Below, piece by piece: positions 56,359 to 64,000 of a stretch of DNA of 64,000 nt. The position numbers were made by a program, and so were the translations under genes. The stretch is taken from the NCBI GenBank assembly GCA_012295275.1, contig CM022673.1, positions 15,438,001-15,502,000 of the forward strand. Reading direction: 5' to 3'. A model generated the notes under the pieces. The model was not told the origin of the DNA. It saw nothing but the letters and a program-made list of their open reading frames with translations, and made no database searches. Numbering within the stretch: position 1 is the stretch's first letter; every line of letters starts with the position of its first letter. Origin of the DNA: Chrysomallon squamiferum. Its lineage: Eukaryota > Animalia > Mollusca.

Positions 56359-57163
56359 ATGAAATTACAGTTCCTGCATCTCCTCAACCTCTTAATGTGT
56401 CTCCCTACGGCGTTTTCCAGTAACACCGGTGAGAAAACTATTTCTATTTAGTTGTTTTATATTTTACTTCGTGACGAGAAAGATACTGTTTCCTTAAACT
56501 AGTATATCACGAAAATTTACAATGAAGAAGAGAAAATATTATTATTTATCTTGTCATCCTAATTATCATAGATATTATTATTATTATTATTCTGGTCGTA
56601 TGTGTTTTTTGGTTTATACATGTATGTATATATGTAGGTTTTTAAGTAGACTTATATATACACACATATATACATACATACATATATATATTTCTGCAAA
56701 TAACCTTTTTTTATCCGCGTCTGAAAAGCCATTACGTTTATATAATTATTTTTTACTGATGAATTTACTTAGCATTATCTCATATATGCCTTTTTACCAA
56801 ATCCTGTCGTTTATTCCTCTTCTGATAATATTTAAAAGGTGATTGTTATAGAGTCGTAAAAAATATGGGTCAATATACTGGTCACGTAAGAACATCCAAA
56901 TCTGGGGGTATTTGCAAAAGATGGACCGACGTGGCCCATACCTATGTCACTGATGAAAACTTTCCTGAGGGTTCTGTGGAAGATGCGGAAGATTTCTGCA
57001 GCGACCCAGGCTCCGCTGATTATCTGTGGTGTTTCCTCAAAGATCAGCATGAAGTGTGGGAAAAATGTGAAATTCCCAAGTGTCCGAGGATAGGTTGGAC
57101 AACGATTATTATTATTATTTTGATGAATTTTAGTTGTTGTTATCATCATCACCATCATCATAA

Positions 57164-57229
<66 letters not shown>

Positions 57230-58221
57230 TCATCATATTCATCATCATCATCATTATAGTTATTGTTATTATTATAGACCCAATGGTAAGAGGGTCATAT
57301 ACAAGGGTACAAAAGACACTGCAGAAAATGGTTCTAAATGCAAGCATTGGTCAGAGGTATATAGTCTCTTGGACAGTTATCGGTTCCCATACGACGTATC
57401 TGTGTCCGCAGCACATAATTACTGTAGAGATCCAGTTGCATCAGGTCGGTTATGGTGTTTTATTGAAGTTATCGTGTAGCTTGAAAATATTGCAATGTTC
57501 CGGAATGCTCAGGTTAGTGAAATTCACATTATGATGATTATTATTATATATTCTGTTCAGGCTGTCCTTCCGTTTACTGTATGTATATTATAAAAAGAAA
57601 GAAAAAAAAAAAAAGGAAAAAAAAAGAAAGAAAAGAAAAGAAAGAAAAAAAGAAAGGAAAAAAAAAAAAAAAAAAAAGAAGGGAAAAAAACAAATTATAC
57701 TAAATTAATAAAAGAAATAAGTAATTGTTTTCCCATAGCATAATATCCTCGGTAAAATGTATAATTAATTACAAAAACAAAGTTCTCTCTGTTTTATTCA
57801 AGACTTTAACACTAAAATGTCTTCAATAATAAAATTGTTTAATTATTTCACTAAACAGTGGTAAAACAAAAATGTTTTCATAATCTGTTAAATACACTGA
57901 TTAAATGATGGTTAACTGACATGCTAATGAATATATTATTTTGGAAATAATATTCCGTTCCAGAATGTTACACTGTAAAATACGGTAGAACCCAATACAA
58001 TGGAATGACGTCGGTTACACATTCAGGAAAAATATGCCAACGATGGGACCAAATGACTCCTCATGCCCATCCTTTCATGGAGTCTGAAATATATCCTGAA
58101 AACGATGTACGATGTACATTCGGCTCAGAACTTTTGCCGTGACCCCGATAATCTTGGCTATCCGTGGTGTTACACTCTGATTGAGATCAGATGGGAATAT
58201 TGTGCAATTGCAAAATGCTAA
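56359..58221 (+). pseudogene. Gene I: 3-kringle probable pseudogene (signal exon 56359-56419, kringle a 56839-57093 intact, kringle b ~57260-57512, kringle c 57964-58221)
   Basis: Signal MKLQFLHLLNLLMCLPTAFS and the first kringle are open. Kringle b has no phase-1 acceptor, a frameshift and a stop (57477-57484). Kringle c has a 7-nt tandem duplication (cgatgta x2, ~58103-58116) causing a frameshift. Confidence 0.85.
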
Positions 58222-58499
58222 AAAACGTTAGTGTTTTATTTCTACTTTATTCGAATACAATAACATCCGTCAAGAAAGGTTTTTGCTAATGATTTATTTA
58301 TTCAATATTTCTGAATAAACGATGGCTTTATCAAATGCCAGTGAAGTCAGCTGCAGCACAATGATATTTTTGCTTACCATTCTTCAGTTTTGATAAAAAA
58401 AAAAATCCTCTTCAATCCCATAATACAAGCTGTAACAGTATGTAATCTAGTTCTTTCGCTCTTCCGAAAAATTATAATTTCCAGCGTAGAAAAAAGATA

Positions 58500-59390
58500 A
58501 GGCGTTACAAGCTAATCACAGATTTTATGCTAAAATGAAAATTAACACATGTAGACAGAAGAGTAGAGAAATAGATAGAAGAACGCAGACCCGGAAGCAA
58601 ACCAAAAGACTTCACGTTAAGAGCAATGAAAAGAGACAACATAGCTGGATGCATTCAAATGTGCTCAGTCTCTAGATAAAAGAAATGACCAACGCTAAAC
58701 GAGCACTGCTATACAACTGCAAAATCTGTAACGACGGAATACTTTTGATGGCTATGACTGACAAGGATGACATAACGTACAGAACTTGATATGTCTTGAA
58801 GAATGATTTAGATGACAGAATTTCAAATGTAGTAGAAGAGGGAACAACTAATGATTTGCGCCTGTACATTTCTTGCTTGCTGTCCCAACTGCTACATTAT
58901 ATGTGTCCGTATCAGGATGAGTTACATAGTGCTGACTGGTAGCAACATCAAGTAGGCCCTTTTACAGTATTCGTCTGATATACTGGATGCTGCACTCAAC
59001 CGAGGTGGCCTGATAATCTTCCAAATTCGAAAGACACCATAAAGCATATCCTGACATCCTCTTGCAAATCATCCCCATTTCAGTCAAATCTGTACTGATT
59101 TTGTCTGATGTCACAATTCAAAAACGGCTTCATAACAGCTGTTATAACTTGCTATAGAAAAGCAGAAAAAGAGAAAGGTTCCACTCAAAGAAAAGGAGAA
59201 AATCATTGTGAAGCATACATCTTCCTCTGACGAGGTGGCTAGGATAAGCCAGAGGACAGTGTATTTGAAATGAAACTCCGATATTGATAAACAAAATAAG
59301 TCCTCAAACACATACAGATGTTTGCTGATGCAGCAACCATCAGAGGAATTGCAGAGGTCCACTTCCTTACCACTCAGGATGATCTCTATG
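58500..59390 (+). mobile_element. Degenerate DNA-transposase relic, possibly Sola2-like
   Basis: Translates in pieces to CPYQDELHSADW*QHQVGPFTVFV and ILSD..SQFKN, resembling the QDEIQSxHW and SDG..QFKN motifs I associate with Sola2-type transposases; many stops. Confidence 0.45.
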
Positions 59391-59769
59391 TCCTCTACAT
59401 ATTGATTATTATTTCTTTCATTATTATGTTTCTATAATTAGTAATAGTATTATCATCATTATCATCATCATCATAATAATCAGTAGTAGTAGTAGTAGTA
59501 GTAGTAGTATAAAACAATTCAAAATAATTAGCAAATACTATATTCATATACTAGTATTTATAATTTCAGAATAAGAAAATATATCACAGCGAAGAAACAA
59601 TGAACTGAATGAGAAAACTGAGTTGCTCAATAAAAAGTACATATCCAGTTCTTTCAACTTTGTTATTATTTTTCACTGTAGTTTTTATTTAATTTGTTTT
59701 TTCGAAATTTTAGTTTCTTCTATCATTTTTGTTTTCTTCTCCTTCTTTCTCTCTTATATATATATATAT

Positions 59770-60060
59770 ATTACCGGAAAATCTGATTCGTATGCTTAAT
59801 ACTGTTTAATAAAGCAATCCTCAATGGTAACTGGTTGAACATCTACAAGTCTCTTTTGATCGATTCTAGAGTTATCTCCCATTAGTGACGATTTTCTTTG
59901 TTGCCTTCACCCATGACATGATCACTGAAAAAAATAAAAGGAAAAGTTGTCTAAATGTAGCAGTCCTTTATAGCACTGTGAATTACACTCGACCCTCCAT
60001 TTAATAGATCCTATTTGCCGAATTTCGAAAAATCTTCATAACATCTTGGAAACGTACCTG
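59770..60060 (+). repeat. Third copy of a ~290-bp block also at 49450-49720 and 60880-61170
   Basis: Shared ctgtttaataaagcaatc...ttctagagttatctcccat.agtgacgattt...catgacatga.cactg...ttgccgaatttcgaaa. Confidence 0.85.
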
Positions 60061-60067
60061 TGTGTGT

Positions 60068-60114
<47 letters not shown>

Positions 60115-60624
60115 TGTCTGTTTACATAAATATGTATGGAATGATGTTGAATGTTTGTATTATCATAATTATGCACCATATGGGTTGAACTCGCACTGTT
60201 TGATCGGCAAGCGTTTGCCGATTGAGTCTCGCAAGCTCTTGTGATTCGACAAAAGCAATACTACCGGCATGCACTTTGCGGTTCAGGAAATGGATGACAA
60301 CGCCATCTTTAAAAATATTGTATAAAGCTACCATACAATAAAATTATTTATTTTGAAGAAAACAGATCCAAACCTTTATGACTCCGCGTTAGCAGTGGAA
60401 TAATAATTTAAAATTGTTTAGTTTTTTTGTTGTTCTTCCGCTGATCTAAAGGACATATCAAATGAAAACAGTCAGGGGCCGCTGAAGACAGGGACCACTA
60501 TATATCCATGTATCTGTCAATATTAGCTGCACCAAGAAAAAAATTAACATTCAGAATAAAATATATTAGAGATAACATAAATGACATAAACATTGTAATT
60601 TATATATATCGTTAGTTATTGTTG

Positions 60625-60679
<55 letters not shown>

Positions 60680-60726
60680 CATCATTATTATTGCTGTTGT
60701 TGTTATACTTAATTCTATAATTACTT

Positions 60727-60780
<54 letters not shown>

Positions 60781-61180
60781 TTATTATTATTATTATTATT
60801 ATTATTAGTGCTAGTGGTAGTAGTTGTAGTTATAGTATGAACAGCATTACATATATATATATATATATATATATATTATGTCTATATTGCCGGAAAAACT
60901 TAAAAGTATGTTTGATTCTGTTTAATAAAGCAATCAACAATGATAACTGGTTTAACATGTACGAGTCTTTTTCGGTCGATTCTAGAGTTATCTCCCATCA
61001 GTGACGATTTTATTTGCTGCCTTCACCCATGACATGACCACTGAAAAAAATAAAAGGAACAGTTGTGTAAATGTAACAATGCTTTATAGCTCTGTGAATT
61101 ACACTCGACCCTCCATTTAACAGGTCCTGTTTGCCGAATTTCGAAAAATATGCATAAAATCTGGCAAATATACGTGTGCG

Positions 61181-61218
<38 letters not shown>

Positions 61219-61520
61219 CACAATTACAAGATCAATATATTGCCATCAAAGTAAGTAAACACTGCGAATTTGAAGTAAATTTTGTACATTATTCTACATT
61301 GTGAATTTGGTGTAAATTTAATTCTGTATATTTTTCTACATTATTAATATTTTTCTTTTCTTTTCTTCTTTTATTTTCCATTTTTTTATTTTTTTTATTA
61401 CTTTTTTATTATATTTATTATTATTTTTTTGTTGTTTTTTTGTTTGCTTAACACCGGAAAATCCGAATTTTTAGACAATATTTCCCACATTTTAGTTCCA
61501 TAAATAGAGGATCGACTGCT

Positions 61521-61597
<77 letters not shown>

Positions 61598-63162
61598 ATG
61601 CGTGCGTAATAAAATAGAAATAATCTATCTATGTGTGTGTGTGTGTCTATAAATAATAATAAAAAAGATATGTATATTTCTGTTTGTTCTATAAAATGGC
61701 AAAATGATTGTTTTATTACCATGAAAAATGTTGCGGTGCAATAAAATAGAAATAATCTATCTCTGTGTGTGTGTCTGTTTTATTTCCATGAAAAGATGTT
61801 GCAGTATAATAAAATAGAAACAATTTATACGTGCGCGTGTATGTTTGTGTGTGCTTTGCATGTCTAAAAAATGAAATTTGTTTGTGTCTTTCTGTCTGTG
61901 CTATAAAGTGGCAAAATCAGTTTTATTACCATGAAAAATGTTGCTGCGTAATAAAACAGAAATAATCTATCTATGTGTGTGTGTGTGTCTATGTGTGTGT
62001 GTGTGTGTCTATGTGTGTGTGTGTCTAGGTGTGTGTGCGCGTGTGTCTCATTAAAATAGATGTCTTTCTCTTTCTTTTTTTTTTTCTTTTCTTTTTTTTT
62101 CTTTTTTTCTTTTATATTTAATAGTATTATTATTTTGTTCTTTAATGTAATAATAATAATAATGAAGATCATGTGAGTAATAATAATGTCTGTAAAATAA
62201 TAATAATCTGAATCTTTCAGGAATTGTTCTTTTAATAGGACTTTTATATTTTATACAATATTCAGTAATTCTGTTCAAAATGAACGATAATGTCTAGTAT
62301 TTCTGATAATGACAAAGATGTTGATTTATTTAGTGACGTTAAATGACAAATATCAGCAAGATTTCCAGTTATATGTATTTGTTGGTAAAAATGCAAAACC
62401 TATGCAGTTGTTAATCTTTGGTGTGTTTTTTTTTCTTTGGGGGGGTTGTTGTTTTTATGTTGTTGTTTTACTTTGTGTAGTTTTTGTTTTCTGTTTTTTG
62501 TTGTTTACTTTTGCTTGTTTATTTGGTGTGTTTTTTGTGGTGGGTAGTTGTAGTAGTATAATAGTAGCAGTAGTAGTAGTAGTAGTAGTATTCACGATTG
62601 CATGAACCGGAGATTTTTCAGTCACTTTCATATTTTTAAATAAAAGTAATTTACTACAGAGATCATCAGTTTCACTTTTTTGTTAATAGTAGTAGTAGCA
62701 GTAGTGACAGTAGTAATAACAGTAACAGTAGTACTAGTAGTGACAGTAACAGTAGTCGTATTCACCATTGCATAAGGAGGAGATTTTTCAGTCAGTTTCA
62801 TATTTTTAAATAAAATAATATACTGAAGACATCAGCAATTTTCTAGTATTACATTACTGCAAGGCATGAAACTTTTATTATGTTGTTTCCTTCGTTTTCA
62901 TTATTTATCTATTATATACCATGACAGGAAATACAGTGTCTGTAAAATAGTGTCATTAGTTCAGAGTACGAGATATTTTAAAATGTATTACCGGCAGAAA
63001 AGGAAATTTGACAGAAAAATGTAAATTAGAGCTATCCATAAAATGTGGAAATATCATCGGTTTGTTTTTAGGGGTAGGAGTTGTAATTGTGTTTCTATCT
63101 ATATATGTATGTATCTGTGCCTATGTACATATGTACGTATGTACGATGTACGCCTATGTATG

Positions 63163-63232
<70 letters not shown>

Positions 63233-64000
63233 TAGATAGATAGATGGATAGACAGGTAGTTAGATTCATACATACATACATAAATAAAAACGAAAAAACA
63301 TATATACTTACATATGCATACATATTTGATGTATGTATGTATTTAAGAATTAATTAACGCACTGGCACAGGAAATTCTTTTATTATTTAAAAAGAATTAA
63401 TCATTTTCTTATTTTATATCTAGGGATTCGATTTAATTTAAAACTGACCATTGTGATTTTTATTGCAGTATGCTATGGTCTTTTGTGTATATATTTATTA
63501 ATTTGTTATCATATTTAAAAAAAAAAACATTAAAAAAATATTTAAATGCATGAAACCTTTTAAATTCAAACGCATTCAAACATGCTTAAAAATACATTAA
63601 TGGAGCAAAACAGTACATTTCTAAATCTATTTAAAACTATTTCAAAAACTATTTTGAAAGTACCATTTCTAAAAATATCTATAAAATATTGTGATATTTG
63701 ATACCAATATACTTCTAGAAAAAACACAGTTCAAAGATCTATTTAAAACTATTTTAAACTCTATTTAGACGATATCCATTTCTCAAAGTCTGGAAAAAGG
63801 TAACATTTCAAAAAAAACATTCCAAAAATTTCGTCGAAACATGACATATCTTTTATAAACATCTTAAAACATTTCCTTACATTTTATTGAATTAATTCTT
63901 AAATCCCTTGGATGGGCTGATTATTCTGAAAATCGCGTAGGGACTAGAATGTCTTTTAGACTTGGTTTTCTTCTGTAAGCTGTGACGAGACGTGCTGTTA

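Noticed and set aside
56865-57479. The 204-aa ORF as a bona fide single-exon two-kringle gene
   Set aside because: It starts after the first Cys, runs through an SSR-filled intron and stops before the last two Cys; better explained as part of disrupted gene I.
63560-63860. Short repeated units (atctatttaaaactattt) resembling a spaced repeat array or CRISPR
   Set aside because: Only two degenerate copies in AT-rich eukaryotic DNA, with no regular spacers or cas genes.

Overview
This is AT-rich, microsatellite-dense animal genomic DNA (mollusc/lophotrochozoan-like by composition; the taxon is inferred, not shown). The ORF track is mostly microsatellite noise. Hand splicing reveals a tandem cluster of one multi-exon gene family encoding small secreted proteins made of a signal peptide plus 2 or 3 kringle domains and nothing else: no protease, PAN, transmembrane or other domain was found in the window. 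Four members splice into intact reading frames: A (minus, 2 kringles, ~210 aa), B (plus, 3 kringles, 270 aa), D (plus, 3 kringles, 266 aa) and G (minus, 2 kringles, 208 aa). Four are pseudogenes (C, E, H, I), and there is also an exon-less promoter relic (F) and a lone kringle-exon relic at ~46.2 kb. Shared design: a non-coding exon 1, an ATG placed directly after the exon-2 acceptor, one phase-1/phase-1 exon per kringle, an N(Y/F)CRDPD core, and a conserved E-box/TGACA/TATA promoter module. Between the genes lie Tc1/mariner elements (one full-length DD34E copy), LINE-, Sola-, MITE- and SINE-like relics, segmental duplications and a 180-bp near-perfect palindrome. All coordinates and alignments were derived by eye, with no database search.
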